Shown piece after piece: positions 47,729 through 57,338 of a DNA stretch of 64,000 nt. The first letter of the stretch is position 1. Each line of letters starts with the position of its first letter. A program made the position numbers and the translations under genes. The stretch comes from Candidatus Cloacimonadales bacterium (GTDB lineage: Bacteria; Cloacimonadota; Cloacimonadia; Cloacimonadales; JAFGVF01). A model generated the notes under the pieces. That model searched no databases. It had not been told where the DNA came from and saw only the letters and a program-made list of their open reading frames with translations. Location: assembly GCA_963678315.1 (NCBI GenBank), contig OY782781.1, forward strand, positions 1,408,001 to 1,472,000. The letters run 5' to 3'.

Positions 47729-49408
47729 TTAAACTCTAGTAAGTTTTCTATAAGTAATACGTTTAGGTACTAAAGCTTTTTCACCTAAGCGTTCTAATTT
47801 ATCTTCTTCATATTCAGAGAAGTTACCATCAAACCATTTAACTTTAGAATCACCTTCAAAAGCAAGGATATGGGTACAGATTCTATCTAAGAAGTATCTA
47901 TCATGGCTAATAACAACAGCACAGCCAGCGAAGTTCATTAAAGCATCTTCTAAGGCACGGATAGTGTTGATGTCTAAGTCATTAGTAGGTTCATCTAGAA
48001 GAAGAACATTGCCACCAGTTTGAAGAGTAAGAGCTAAATATGCTCTATTTTTTTCACCACCTGAAAGAACATTCATTGGTTTTTCTTGTTCTTTAGAATT
48101 AAAGTTAAATCTTGAAAGGTATTGTCTAACATTAATTTCTTTGTTGCCAACTTGCATAACATCTCTACCATCACCGATAAGTTCAAGTATAGTTTTATCT
48201 GAATCAACAATACGAGCTTGGTCGACGTAAGATAATTTAACAGTATCACCTAAAGTAAAAGTACCAGTGTCAGCTTGGATTTTTTCTGTAATCATATTGA
48301 AAAGAGTAGTTTTACCTGCACCATTGGCTCCGATTACACCAATAATACCACCAGCTGGAAGGTCGAAAGATAAATCTTCATAAAGAAGTTTTTCATCAAA
48401 AGCTTTTGATACACCTTCAGCCTTAATTACATTAGTACCTAATTTTGGACCTGTAGGGATGTAAAGAGAGTCTGTAGAATTCTCTTTCTGGAAGTCAGCT
48501 GAAGCCATCTTCTCATAATTAGCGATTCTTGCTTTACTCTTAGCATGTTTAGCTTTAGCAGTAGATTTAATCCATTCTAATTCACGTTGAAGAGCTTTCT
48601 GACGTTTAGATTCACCTTTAGCCTCAGTAGCTAAACGCTTTTGTTTTTGGTCTAACCATGAAGAATAGTTACCTTCCCAAGGAATACCTTCACCTCTATC
48701 AAGTTCAAGAATCCAACCTGCAACATTATCAAGGAAGTATCTATCATGAGTGATAGCAATAACTGTTCCTTTGTAGTTGTGAAGATGATGTTCTAACCAA
48801 AGAATTGTCTCAGCATCAAGATGGTTAGTAGGCTCATCAAGAAGTAAGATGTCTGGTTCTTGAAGAAGTAGACGACATAAAGCAACACGACGTTTTTCAC
48901 CACCAGAGATGACAGCAGTTTTTAAGTCACCAGCTGGACAACGAAGAGCATCCATAGCTAGTTCCAATCTAGAATCAAGATCCCAGGCATTGCAAGCATC
49001 AAGTTTATCTTGAACATCACCTTGTTCTTTCATAAGTTTATCCATTTCATCATCAGACATTGGCTCACAAAAAGCTAAATTGATTTCTTCAAACCTTTCT
49101 AAAAGAGCTACTGCTTCAGAAGCACCTTCTTTAACTATATCAAGAACTGTTTTTTCAGGGTCTAACTGAGGGTCTTGTTCAAGATAACCTATTGTGTAGC
49201 CTTTTGACATTGCAACTTCACCAAGAAAATCTTGGTCAATTCCAGCCATGATTTTTAATAGAGTTGATTTACCTGAACCATTTAAACCTACGATACCAAT
49301 CTTAGCCCCGTAATAAAAACCTAAGTAGATATCTTTTAATATTTGCTTATTTCCATCAATGACTTTACCAACCTTACTCATTGAATAAATAACTTTATTT
49401 TCTTCCAT
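47729..49408 (-). CDS. ettA: Energy-dependent translational throttle protein EttA (ABC-F)
   Basis: GLNGSGKST, SGGEKRRVALC, LDEPTNHLD, ELDRGEGIPWEGNYSSWL; two ABC domains, no TM helices. Confidence 0.95.
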   Translation of the reverse strand: MEENKVIYSMSKVGKVIDGNKQILKDIYLGFYYGAKIGIVGLNGSGKSTLLKIMAGIDQDFLGEVAMSKGYTIGYLEQDPQLDPEKTVLDIVKEGASEAVALLERFEEINLAFCEPMSDDEMDKLMKEQGDVQDKLDACNAWDLDSRLELAMDALRCPAGDLKTAVISGGEKRRVALCRLLLQEPDILLLDEPTNHLDAETILWLEHHLHNYKGTVIAITHDRYFLDNVAGWILELDRGEGIPWEGNYSSWLDQKQKRLATEAKGESKRQKALQRELEWIKSTAKAKHAKSKARIANYEKMASADFQKENSTDSLYIPTGPKLGTNVIKAEGVSKAFDEKLLYEDLSFDLPAGGIIGVIGANGAGKTTLFNMITEKIQADTGTFTLGDTVKLSYVDQARIVDSDKTILELIGDGRDVMQVGNKEINVRQYLSRFNFNSKEQEKPMNVLSGGEKNRAYLALTLQTGGNVLLLDEPTNDLDINTIRALEDALMNFAGCAVVISHDRYFLDRICTHILAFEGDSKVKWFDGNFSEYEEDKLERLGEKALVPKRITYRKLTRV

Positions 49409-49476
49409 TTTACTTCCTTTTATTTATGTATAGAGTCAGAAAAATTTAGGAAGATAAGATGTCAAAATATATATAT

Positions 49477-49507
49477 AAAAAAAGAGACGTTTCACGAACG
49501 TCTCACA
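49477..49507 (-). terminator. Hairpin plus U tract (copy 1 of an identical 27-mer)
   Basis: Minus strand gtgagacgttcgtgaaacgtctc followed by T7. Confidence 0.75.
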
Positions 49508-49690
49508 TCTTTTTAAAGTTAAGGAAATTTGTTTTTGCTTTATTTTTACAAAAATAAATCGACAATAGCTTAGTTAAAACTTTAGTCGAAGATTGTACTG
49601 TGACAGGCGAAGACTGTTTATAATACTTCGAGTGCTAAAGATTTAGCTAAGATATGTCGAATCTCAAAATGCAAGACATTTTTGTTTATC
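49477..49690. ncRNA. Candidate structured non-coding RNA (strand uncertain)
   Basis: ~100-nt imperfect rod at 49559-49660; orphan minus-strand TTGACA at 49719-49724; terminator at 49477-49507; no ORF. Confidence 0.4.
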
Positions 49691-49728
49691 AACAGGTAAT
49701 TTTCAACATTAAACCTATTGTCAAAAGT

Positions 49729-49755
49729 AAAGAGACGTTTCACGAACGTCTCACA
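49729..49755 (-). terminator. Hairpin terminator after the acyl-CoA synthetase (copy 2 of the 27-mer)
   Basis: aaagagacgtttcacgaacgtctcaca identical to 49481-49507. Confidence 0.7.
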
Positions 49756-49782
49756 ATAAACATAGATTTCTTATTAGGTATA

Positions 49783-51483
49783 TTATACGTATAAATAACG
49801 TTTAATTTTCATAGTTGGGGTCTTCTCAAAAGGCTCCATTTGCTCAACAACTTTAGATAGTCTTGAGAAAGATGACACCCTAGAGTTAACCTCTAGCTTA
49901 ATTTTATTTAAAATGTTATCAACTTCTTCTTTAAGCTTTGATTCTGAATAATTGTGTGATTTGAAGAGGTCATCAATTAGTTCGTAGTTAAGATGTATCT
50001 TGGCTGTAAGTTTATGGTTATTTTCATAGACAATAGATTCATTTACTAGTTCAGATTCATTGATCACAGCTTCAATTTCTTCAGGATAAATGTTTTCACC
50101 ACTAGGACCAAGAATAACATTTTTAAGTCTACCTTTGATGTAAAGATAACCATTTTTCATTAGACCCAAATCTCCTGTTCTAAAGTACTTTTTACCATTA
50201 ATGGTGATAAAAGCTTCTTCTGTTTGCTTGGGAGCTTTATAGTACTTTTTCATAACAGTTTTACCTCTAACAACAATCTCACCTTCATTGGTTTTAGGAT
50301 TCTTGTTGATGATTAGATGTTTTAGCTTGTAGACAATAGGTCCAGTAGAACGATATCTCATTTTAGAAGGATGAGAGCCAGCTAAAAGAGGGGATGTTTC
50401 TGTAAGTCCATAACCAATTGAATATGGGAAAGAAGAATCAAAAAGGAACCTCTCAACATCTGGAGCTAAAGGCGCACCACCAACACCAAAGAATTTAAGA
50501 CAACCACCAAATGATGTCATTAGTTTTTTACCAGCTATCTTGTGGAAGATAACCCTGAAGAAAGGAATCTTATACAAGAAATGTACAAATTTATTGCTGG
50601 TAAAAGTAGGTAATACTTTGTTCCTGAATATCTTTTCTATGATTAGAGGAACAGTCAGCATGATAGTAGGTCTTACTTTAGCTAAAGCTGGGAGTAAGAC
50701 TCTTGGAGTTGGAGCTTTTTTGATGTAGTGTAAAGCACAATTAAACATTAATGGATATAAAAAGCCAAGAGTTGCTTCATAAGTATGGGGGAGAGGTAAT
50801 ATTGAAATTAATCTATCATTCTCATCCATAGGTTGAACTGAATAACAAGCTTCAACATTTTGAACTAAGTTCTCATTTGTAAGCATAACCCCTTTTGACT
50901 TGCCGGTAGTTCCTGACGTATAAATTATAACAACAACGTCTTTTCCTGATATCTTGCTAGACCTGAATAGATTGGTTGGAGAGAAACGACTGGTCCTTTT
51001 AGTAACTAATCTTTTCTGTTCTTGGTAGATAGATTTTAATTTAGCAAAAGTGGACTCAGGTTCTAGTCTCTCAAATGACTCAATGTCAAAGGCTAAATCA
51101 ATTCCATTACCTAGCATAGCTTCAAACTTAGGATAAAGTCTTTCAGAAACGAATATTGCTTTAGATTCAGAGTGGCGTAAAATATGATGAATCTCATTTT
51201 CATGGAATTCAGTAAGGATTGGTACAACAATTGCACCTAATGAGATAATTGCAAGATAGCTGATACACCAGTTAGGTGAGTTTTGACTTAGGATAGCTAC
51301 TTTATCACCATGCTTAATACCATGCATGTCTAATAGCTTGGCTATTCTTTCAATCTCTAGGCCTAACTTCTCATAAGTAATACCTTCTTCATCAACCCAA
51401 GTCAGAGCAATCTGTGCAGGTCGCTTCTTTATTGCATCATGTATGTTCTCAATTAGAGTCTCTTTTAATTTAATCTTTTTCAT
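49783..51483 (-). CDS. Long-chain fatty-acid--CoA ligase
   Basis: YTSGTTGKSKGV, GYGLTETSP, RTGDLG, GRLKNVI..GENIYPEEIE, KTPTMKIKR. Confidence 0.9.
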   Translation of the reverse strand: MKKIKLKETLIENIHDAIKKRPAQIALTWVDEEGITYEKLGLEIERIAKLLDMHGIKHGDKVAILSQNSPNWCISYLAIISLGAIVVPILTEFHENEIHHILRHSESKAIFVSERLYPKFEAMLGNGIDLAFDIESFERLEPESTFAKLKSIYQEQKRLVTKRTSRFSPTNLFRSSKISGKDVVVIIYTSGTTGKSKGVMLTNENLVQNVEACYSVQPMDENDRLISILPLPHTYEATLGFLYPLMFNCALHYIKKAPTPRVLLPALAKVRPTIMLTVPLIIEKIFRNKVLPTFTSNKFVHFLYKIPFFRVIFHKIAGKKLMTSFGGCLKFFGVGGAPLAPDVERFLFDSSFPYSIGYGLTETSPLLAGSHPSKMRYRSTGPIVYKLKHLIINKNPKTNEGEIVVRGKTVMKKYYKAPKQTEEAFITINGKKYFRTGDLGLMKNGYLYIKGRLKNVILGPSGENIYPEEIEAVINESELVNESIVYENNHKLTAKIHLNYELIDDLFKSHNYSESKLKEEVDNILNKIKLEVNSRVSSFSRLSKVVEQMEPFEKTPTMKIKRYLYV

Positions 51484-51973
51484 ATATAATACCTTTCATA
51501 CTAAACAGAATAAGTATGGATTTTTGTCAACATTTTGAAATTTTGAGACAAGTTACTTACACTAACTATAAGGATAATTTCATCAAAAAAATAAAAAAAA
51601 CAAATTTTTGCTAAATGATAAAAGCAATAAATGAAACTATTGGAGAATTTCAATAAGCTTTTTTCTAAAGTATCCTATATCTTGATTAAAGAAATGAGTG
51701 TCAATAGAATATTACTTATTAAAGCTATTTGTAAATTTTTGCAAGAAATATAAGATGTTAAATATTAAAAGATTATAAGAATTAATGTCCAATAAATGTT
51801 TTCTATTAAAATAAAATCGAGTCCGGGATATGAATAATTAAGTATAGCTGTGACTGTAAATGTTGTAATGTTAAATATACGTAACTTTTATATTAGCAAT
51901 AAATGTTTGACAAGTTTAGAAAAAAAGTCTTATTTAGCAAAATAAACTATTAAATATGATTAGGAGGTCGTAT

Positions 51974-52336
51974 ATGAAAACTCTAGCAGATTTAAGAAAA
52001 ATCAGAGAGAAAGCACAAAGCGACATGAAACTACGTAACAGTGAAACTCGAGTTAAAGTAATAGTAGGAATGGGAACCTCAGGTATTGCTATGGGTGCTC
52101 GAGAAGTAATGAAGTCATTTTTAGATGAAATCGCACATCGTAATTTAACTGATGTATTAGTTACTCAAACAGGAGAAAAGGGATTATCATCAATGGAACC
52201 AGTAGTTGATGTAATCATTGACGGTGGAAAAACAATTACTTATGGTAATATGAACCCTGAAAAGGTTAAAAGAGTTGTTGCAGAGCATATCGTAAATGGT
52301 AACCCTGTAACTGATTTTGTAATTTCAACAGACTAA
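51974..52336 (+). CDS. HndB/HydD-like thioredoxin-fold hydrogenase subunit, cysteine-free
   Basis: VGMGTSGIAMGAREV, TGEKGLSSMEPVV, EHIVNG; no Cys; AGGAGG RBS before 51974. Confidence 0.85.
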   Translation: MKTLADLRKIREKAQSDMKLRNSETRVKVIVGMGTSGIAMGAREVMKSFLDEIAHRNLTDVLVTQTGEKGLSSMEPVVDVIIDGGKTITYGNMNPEKVKRVVAEHIVNGNPVTDFVISTD

Positions 52337-52350
52337 GGAAAGGATTTTAT

Positions 52351-52806
52351 ATGTATCAGGAAATTTTTAAAAAATATGAACCTACAAAAGATAATTTAAT
52401 CTATATCTTACATGATATTCAAGATAATCATCCTCAACAATATATTACAGAAGAAGCAATTCTTGAAGTATCAAAGTATTTAGGTATACCAATCAATCAT
52501 ATATATGGCGTAATTACATTTTATGGAATGTTCTCTACTAAACCAAGAGGAAGAAATATTATTAGATTATGTGAGTCACCTCCATGTTATTTAAAAGGAT
52601 GTGATAACATATACCGTAAATTGAAAGAAGTATTAAATATTAAGCGTGATGAAACTACCGAAGATGGTATGTTTACTTTAGAATTATGTGCTTGCCTTGG
52701 AGTATGTGGTAATGCCCCTGTGATGATGATTAACAACGATATTTATGGCGATTTAACTGAAGATAAAGTTGTTGAAATAATTAACACTATTAAAGGAGAG
52801 AAGTAA
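52351..52806 (+). CDS. NuoE-like [2Fe-2S] hydrogenase subunit (HydC/HndA)
   Basis: VITFYGMF, CESPPC...CLGVC..AP. Confidence 0.92.
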   Translation: MYQEIFKKYEPTKDNLIYILHDIQDNHPQQYITEEAILEVSKYLGIPINHIYGVITFYGMFSTKPRGRNIIRLCESPPCYLKGCDNIYRKLKEVLNIKRDETTEDGMFTLELCACLGVCGNAPVMMINNDIYGDLTEDKVVEIINTIKGEK

Positions 52807-54365
52807 TGAAATTCTTTAGAAGTCACATACTAATTGGTATTAATGAAACTTCTCTTGAAGCTGGTGCTAAAAAGATTGAAACAGCATTGAAAGCTGAATT
52901 ATCAAAACGTAATCTTCAAGATGAGATTGATGTATTAGAGACAGGTCCATTGGGATTCTTTGCTAAAGGCGTTTGCTTAAAAGTATATCCTGAAAATACA
53001 ATGTATGAGAATATAACTTTAGCAGATATTCCTGAATTAGTTGAAGAACATTTCTTAAAGGGAAGACCAGTTCAAAGATTACTTGCTGCTACTAATAGAG
53101 TTGATGCTTATGACTTTAACTATAAAGCAAGAAATGTGTTAGAAAACTCAGGTATTATTGACCCTGAAGATATAGAAGAATATGTTGGTGCTGGTGGATA
53201 TACAGCATGGGAAAAAGCCCTTCTTGAAATGGAACCTCAAGATATAGTTTCACAAGTGAAAGATTCTGGACTAAGAGGTAGAGGTGGAGCTGGTTTCCCT
53301 ACAGGTTTAAAATGGAGTTTTACTGCCCCATTAGAAGCTGAACAAAAGTATCTTGTAATCAATGCTGATGAAGGTGAACCAGGTACATTCAAAGATAGAT
53401 TGATTATGGAAGGTGACCCTCACAAACTTCTTGAAGGTATGATGATTGCTTGTAGAGCTATCGGTGCTACAAAAGCTTTTATCTATATTAGAGGTGAATA
53501 CAAACTTTGTATAGAAAGATTAAGACATGCAATTGACCAATGTAACACTTACGGGATTCTTGGTAAAAACATTTTTGATTCTGGTTTTGACTTAGAATTT
53601 GATATCAAAGTTGGTGCTGGTGCTTATGTATGTGGTGAAGAAACAGCTCTTATAGAATCACTTGAAGGTAATCGTGGTAATCCTAGATTCAAGCCACCAT
53701 TCCCAGGTGTTAAAGGTGTATGGCAATGCCCTACAGTTGTTAACAATGTTGAAACTATTGCTAATGTTCCTACAATTATTAATAAAGGTTCAGAATATTA
53801 CAAATCACTCGGTGTAAATGGTGCTACAGGTACAAAAGTTTATACTCTGATGGGTGATGTTGCTATGCCAGGATTGACTGAAGTTCCTATGGGAATCTCA
53901 CTTCGCGATATTATTAATAAGTATGGCGGAGGCATGTTAAAAGGCAAGAAATTCAAGGGTGCATTAGTCGGTGGAGCCGCAGGTGTAATTTTATCTGATA
54001 AACTTCTTGACGTAAAAATGGATTATGAGAGTTTGAAAGAGTACTCTGCTGTTTTAGGTTCAGGTGCGATAATGGTTATGAGCGAAGAAGTAGATATGGT
54101 TGAAATGTTGTGGTCAATTTTACGCTTCTTCAGACATGAATCATGTGGAAAATGTTTCCCTTGTCGTCTAGGAACTCAACAGTTATATCAATTGATTTGC
54201 AGAGTTAGAGATGGTGAAGGCACTCAAGAAGACTTAGATACAATGATTTCTTTATCAGAATCAATGGTTAAAACTTCTTTCTGTGCTTTAGGACAATCAC
54301 CGTTTATGCCAATCAAGAGTGCAATAGAAAACTTCACCGAAGATTTTCAAAAAAGAATTAAATAA
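52806..54365 (+). CDS. NuoF-like NADH/FMN-binding hydrogenase subunit (HydB/HndC), short form
   Basis: GRGGAGFPTG, NADEGEPGTFKDR, GAGAYVCGEETAL, CGKCFPCR..CALG; no C-terminal 2x[4Fe-4S] domain. Confidence 0.92.
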   Translation: MKFFRSHILIGINETSLEAGAKKIETALKAELSKRNLQDEIDVLETGPLGFFAKGVCLKVYPENTMYENITLADIPELVEEHFLKGRPVQRLLAATNRVDAYDFNYKARNVLENSGIIDPEDIEEYVGAGGYTAWEKALLEMEPQDIVSQVKDSGLRGRGGAGFPTGLKWSFTAPLEAEQKYLVINADEGEPGTFKDRLIMEGDPHKLLEGMMIACRAIGATKAFIYIRGEYKLCIERLRHAIDQCNTYGILGKNIFDSGFDLEFDIKVGAGAYVCGEETALIESLEGNRGNPRFKPPFPGVKGVWQCPTVVNNVETIANVPTIINKGSEYYKSLGVNGATGTKVYTLMGDVAMPGLTEVPMGISLRDIINKYGGGMLKGKKFKGALVGGAAGVILSDKLLDVKMDYESLKEYSAVLGSGAIMVMSEEVDMVEMLWSILRFFRHESCGKCFPCRLGTQQLYQLICRVRDGEGTQEDLDTMISLSESMVKTSFCALGQSPFMPIKSAIENFTEDFQKRIK

Positions 54366-54385
54366 ATAGATCTGGAGACAAAAAC

Positions 54386-56173
54386 ATGAATATGGTTAAT
54401 TTAACTATTAATAACATTCCGGTGGAAGTTCCGGAAGGTACTACTATTATTCAAGCAGCTAAGAAAGCTGGATTTAAAGTTCCTTCATTATGCTGGCATC
54501 CTGATTTAGCACCTACTGCAGCTTGTGGTATTTGTGTGTGTGATATCGAAGGTTACCCAGTACCAAAACGTGCATGTGCTACACCTGTAACTGAAGGTAT
54601 GAATGTTACAACTAACAGCAAAGAACTTAGACAATTACGTAAAACTATCCTAGAATTAGTTCTTGCTAATCACGATGTTACATGTCCTACTTGTGTTGCT
54701 AACGGTAAATGTGAATTACAACAGTTAGCTTATACAATGGATATTGACATGGACAAAGTTCCTCAATTATTAGAAAAGAAACCTATAGATTATTCAAGTC
54801 CTTCAATTGTTCGTGATACAAACAAATGTATCAATTGCGGACGTTGTATTACTGTTTGTAATGATGTTCAACAAGTTTATGCTTTAACATTTGCAGATCG
54901 TGGATTTGAAGCACACGTTGATACAGCAATGAGCTGGGGTATTGGTAACAGTGCTTGTGTTAATTGCGGTCAATGTACAGTTTACTGTCCTACAGGTGCT
55001 TTAAGAGAAAAAGATGATACTGATAAAGTTTGGGATGCACTATTAGATCCTACAAAACACGTTGTAGTTCAAGAAGCTCCATCAATCCGTGCTTCATTAG
55101 CTGATGAATTCGGTATGGATATGGGTACAGTTACTCCTGGTAAAATGTATGCAGCTTTAAAAGCAATGGGCTTTGATTCAGTTATGGATACAAACTTCAC
55201 TGCTGATTTAACAATCATGGAAGAAGGTACAGAATGTGTTGCTAACTTAAAAGCTCACACTGGCAAACCAGTTATCACTTCATGTTCTCCTGGTTGGGTT
55301 AAATTTGTTGAAACATACTATCCAGACTTAACTCCTTACGTTTCTACTGCTAAATCACCAATGTCAATGTTCGGTGCTATGGCTAAATCTTATTATCCTA
55401 AAACTCATGGTGTAGATCCTAAAGATATCGTTTCTGTTGCTATTATGCCTTGTACAGCTAAGAAATTCGAAGCTCAAAGACCGGAAATGGCTAACGATGG
55501 AATGCAAAACACTGATATCGTTCTCACAACACGTGAATTCATCAGAATGATCCATGAAACAGGTGTTGATTTTAAATCTATGCCTGAAGCTAAACCAGAT
55601 GAAGGTATGAGTTATTACACTGGTGCTGGTACTATCTTTGGTGCTACTGGTGGTGTTATGGAAGCTGCTATTCGTTCAGCTTACTTCTTAGTAACTGGTG
55701 AAGATCTTAAGAATCCTAACATTGAAGCTGTTCGTGGACTTAAAGGCGTGAAAGAAGCTGATATTGAAGTTCCTGGCTTTGGTAATGTTAGAGTTGCTGT
55801 TGCTAATGGTCTTGGTAATGCAAGAAAAGTAATGGATAAAGTTCAACAACAAATTAACGAAACTGGTTCAACTGAATACCACTTCATCGAAATCATGGCT
55901 TGCCCAGGTGGATGTGTTGGTGGTGGTGGACAACCATTCGGTAATGGTACTGCTGAACGTGCTCGTCGTGGTGAAGCTCTTTATAAAGAAGATGCTAACC
56001 TTGAATTCAGATGCTCACATCATAATCCTGAAATCACTAAGATCTATAAAGACTTCTTAGGTACTCCAGGTTCTGAAGTTGCTCATAAGTACCTTCATAC
56101 TCATTACTATGAAAGAAACAAATTTAAAGGTGATGTTGAAAGACAAACTACTGGTTTAGACGGTCATCATTAA
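54386..56173 (+). CDS. hydA: [FeFe]-hydrogenase catalytic subunit, group A (HydA/HndD)
   Basis: N-terminal [2Fe-2S], H-x3-C-x2-C-x5-C and 2x[4Fe-4S] motifs; H-cluster motifs TSCSPGW, MPCTAKKFE, EIMACPGGCVGGGGQP. Confidence 0.96.
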   Translation: MNMVNLTINNIPVEVPEGTTIIQAAKKAGFKVPSLCWHPDLAPTAACGICVCDIEGYPVPKRACATPVTEGMNVTTNSKELRQLRKTILELVLANHDVTCPTCVANGKCELQQLAYTMDIDMDKVPQLLEKKPIDYSSPSIVRDTNKCINCGRCITVCNDVQQVYALTFADRGFEAHVDTAMSWGIGNSACVNCGQCTVYCPTGALREKDDTDKVWDALLDPTKHVVVQEAPSIRASLADEFGMDMGTVTPGKMYAALKAMGFDSVMDTNFTADLTIMEEGTECVANLKAHTGKPVITSCSPGWVKFVETYYPDLTPYVSTAKSPMSMFGAMAKSYYPKTHGVDPKDIVSVAIMPCTAKKFEAQRPEMANDGMQNTDIVLTTREFIRMIHETGVDFKSMPEAKPDEGMSYYTGAGTIFGATGGVMEAAIRSAYFLVTGEDLKNPNIEAVRGLKGVKEADIEVPGFGNVRVAVANGLGNARKVMDKVQQQINETGSTEYHFIEIMACPGGCVGGGGQPFGNGTAERARRGEALYKEDANLEFRCSHHNPEITKIYKDFLGTPGSEVAHKYLHTHYYERNKFKGDVERQTTGLDGHH

Positions 56174-56195
56174 TCTTTAAATAGATAATATATTG

Positions 56196-56221
56196 AAGGG
56201 GTTGGAAACAACCCCTTTTTT
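56196..56221 (+). terminator. Intrinsic terminator of the hydrogenase operon
   Basis: aaggggttg-gaaa-caacccc followed by T6. Confidence 0.88.
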
Positions 56222-56324
56222 GTTATTATCCAAAGTAAAGAACCTCTAAAGATTCTTATCTTTTCATAGCTAAATCAATTTCTTAACTCTGTCAGTTAGA
56301 AGGCTTCATTGCTCACCCTAATTT

Positions 56325-56458
56325 AGACCAACGGCAGTTCATCTCTACAGCTCACTATTTATGTCGCCCTTTCAGGGCTAGATTATTGTTTCATATTTTA
56401 CATGGGGTACAAGACCCCATGCTTTCTATATGCCACCCCTTCGGGGTTTTTATAGGTA
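56325..56458 (-). repeat. Inverted copy of the 47058-47187 REP-like composite
   Basis: Reverse complement: aaaaaccccgaaggggtggcata..agcatggggtcttgtaccccatg..agccctgaaagggcgacataaa..ctgtagagatgaactgc. Confidence 0.85.
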
Positions 56459-56514
56459 GCATTCGCCTAAATGCTTACCAAACTGATACTGTGTGATTTA
56501 CCCAGCATTACTTT

Positions 56515-56684
56515 TTAACCCATTTGATGCAGTAGGCTTCTCGTGAAGAGTGCAGATTATTTCAGCAAAATAAGTTACAGAATCGAAGTTTGAATAATAT
56601 ATATTCTAGCTGAGATTATGGAACTTATTCTTGCCAAATAATATAGTACTATTCTAGAAGCTCTACTGTATTAGATGGGTTTAA
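56515..56684 (-). mobile_element. MITE-like element copy C (170 bp, inverted relative to A and B)
   Basis: ttaacccatttgatgcagtag...ctactgtattagatgggtttaa; core reverse complement matches 25701-25800. Confidence 0.75.
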
Positions 56685-56828
56685 TCAATGGCCTCCTGCA
56701 TTAAATCGCATTTTTATGCAGGATCCCCTTTACTTATACCAAGAAAACAAAGCTGATTTTTATTAAAATCTTATCATGATCTTACAAGAATAATATAATA
56801 AAAGCATGTAGTCTGCAAACTGATAAGA

Positions 56829-56961
56829 CCAGCAGCTTGCTGGCTAAAGATAAATAAACTGGGAACGCCAGCAGCTTGCTGGCTAAAGATAAATAAACTG
56901 GGAACGCCAGCTGCTAGCTGGCTAAAGATAAATAAACTGGGAACGCCAGCTGCTAGCTGGC
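56829..56961 (+). repeat. Tandem 39-bp REP-like repeat (3.4 units)
   Basis: ccagc(a/t)gct(t/a)gctggctaaagataaataaactgggaacg at 56829, 56868, 56907 and partial at 56946. Confidence 0.92.
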
Positions 56962-57140
56962 TTCACTTAGAAAGCAGTGATAAGTGAGGAATAAACTGCA
57001 TAAAGAAAAAATAAACTCACTCATGAAGGAATATCTATTTTTCAACATTTTCCTTGACTTATTGAATAGCTGGATAAAATAATTGTGAACATTTATATCA
57101 TGAGTTTAATTGATTAAGATTCATGGTGCAAGGAGCATAT

Positions 57141-57281
57141 ATGGCTTTCAATGAAGATGCAAGAGTTAAACTACCTGCCATACTACACCTATGTAGATTA
57201 GGCTATAAATATATATCGCTTAAAGATAAGAGTATTGAATGGGATGATAATTTTAATATAGCTATTTCAATATTCAAATAA
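57141..57281 (+). pseudogene. hsdR: N-terminal remnant of type I restriction endonuclease HsdR
   Basis: AGGAG RBS; MAFNEDARVKLPAILHLCRLGYKYISLKD...W then stop after 46 aa. Confidence 0.7.
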
Positions 57282-57284
57282 TAA

Positions 57285-57338
57285 AAAAAAATAGAAGATG
57301 AGATTATGAAGAACTTCCAAGGGCTAGACTATGAATAA
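57285..57338 (+). pseudogene. C-terminal remnant resembling type I methyltransferase HsdM
   Basis: KKIEDEIMKNFQGLDYE*, like the HsdM ending LE.EI.KQL.GL.YE; overlaps the ATG of the next gene. Confidence 0.45.

Noticed and set aside
49559..49660. SRP RNA, tRNA or canonical attC
   Set aside because: No SRP domain IV motif, no cloverleaf, and ends are GAC/GTC rather than AAC/GTT.
51530..51910. Rex operator upstream of the hydrogenase operon
   Set aside because: Candidate palindromes (ttgtaaatttttgcaa; ttgctaaatgataaaagcaa) do not fit the 18-bp spacing, and the background is very AT-rich.
55276..55298. TSCSPGW instead of TSCCPGW in the H-cluster P1 motif as a sign of inactivity
   Set aside because: From memory this variant is common in multimeric group A enzymes; P2 and P3 motifs are intact.
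56829..56961. CRISPR array
   Set aside because: Linkers between the palindromes are identical, so there are no unique spacers; no cas genes in the window.
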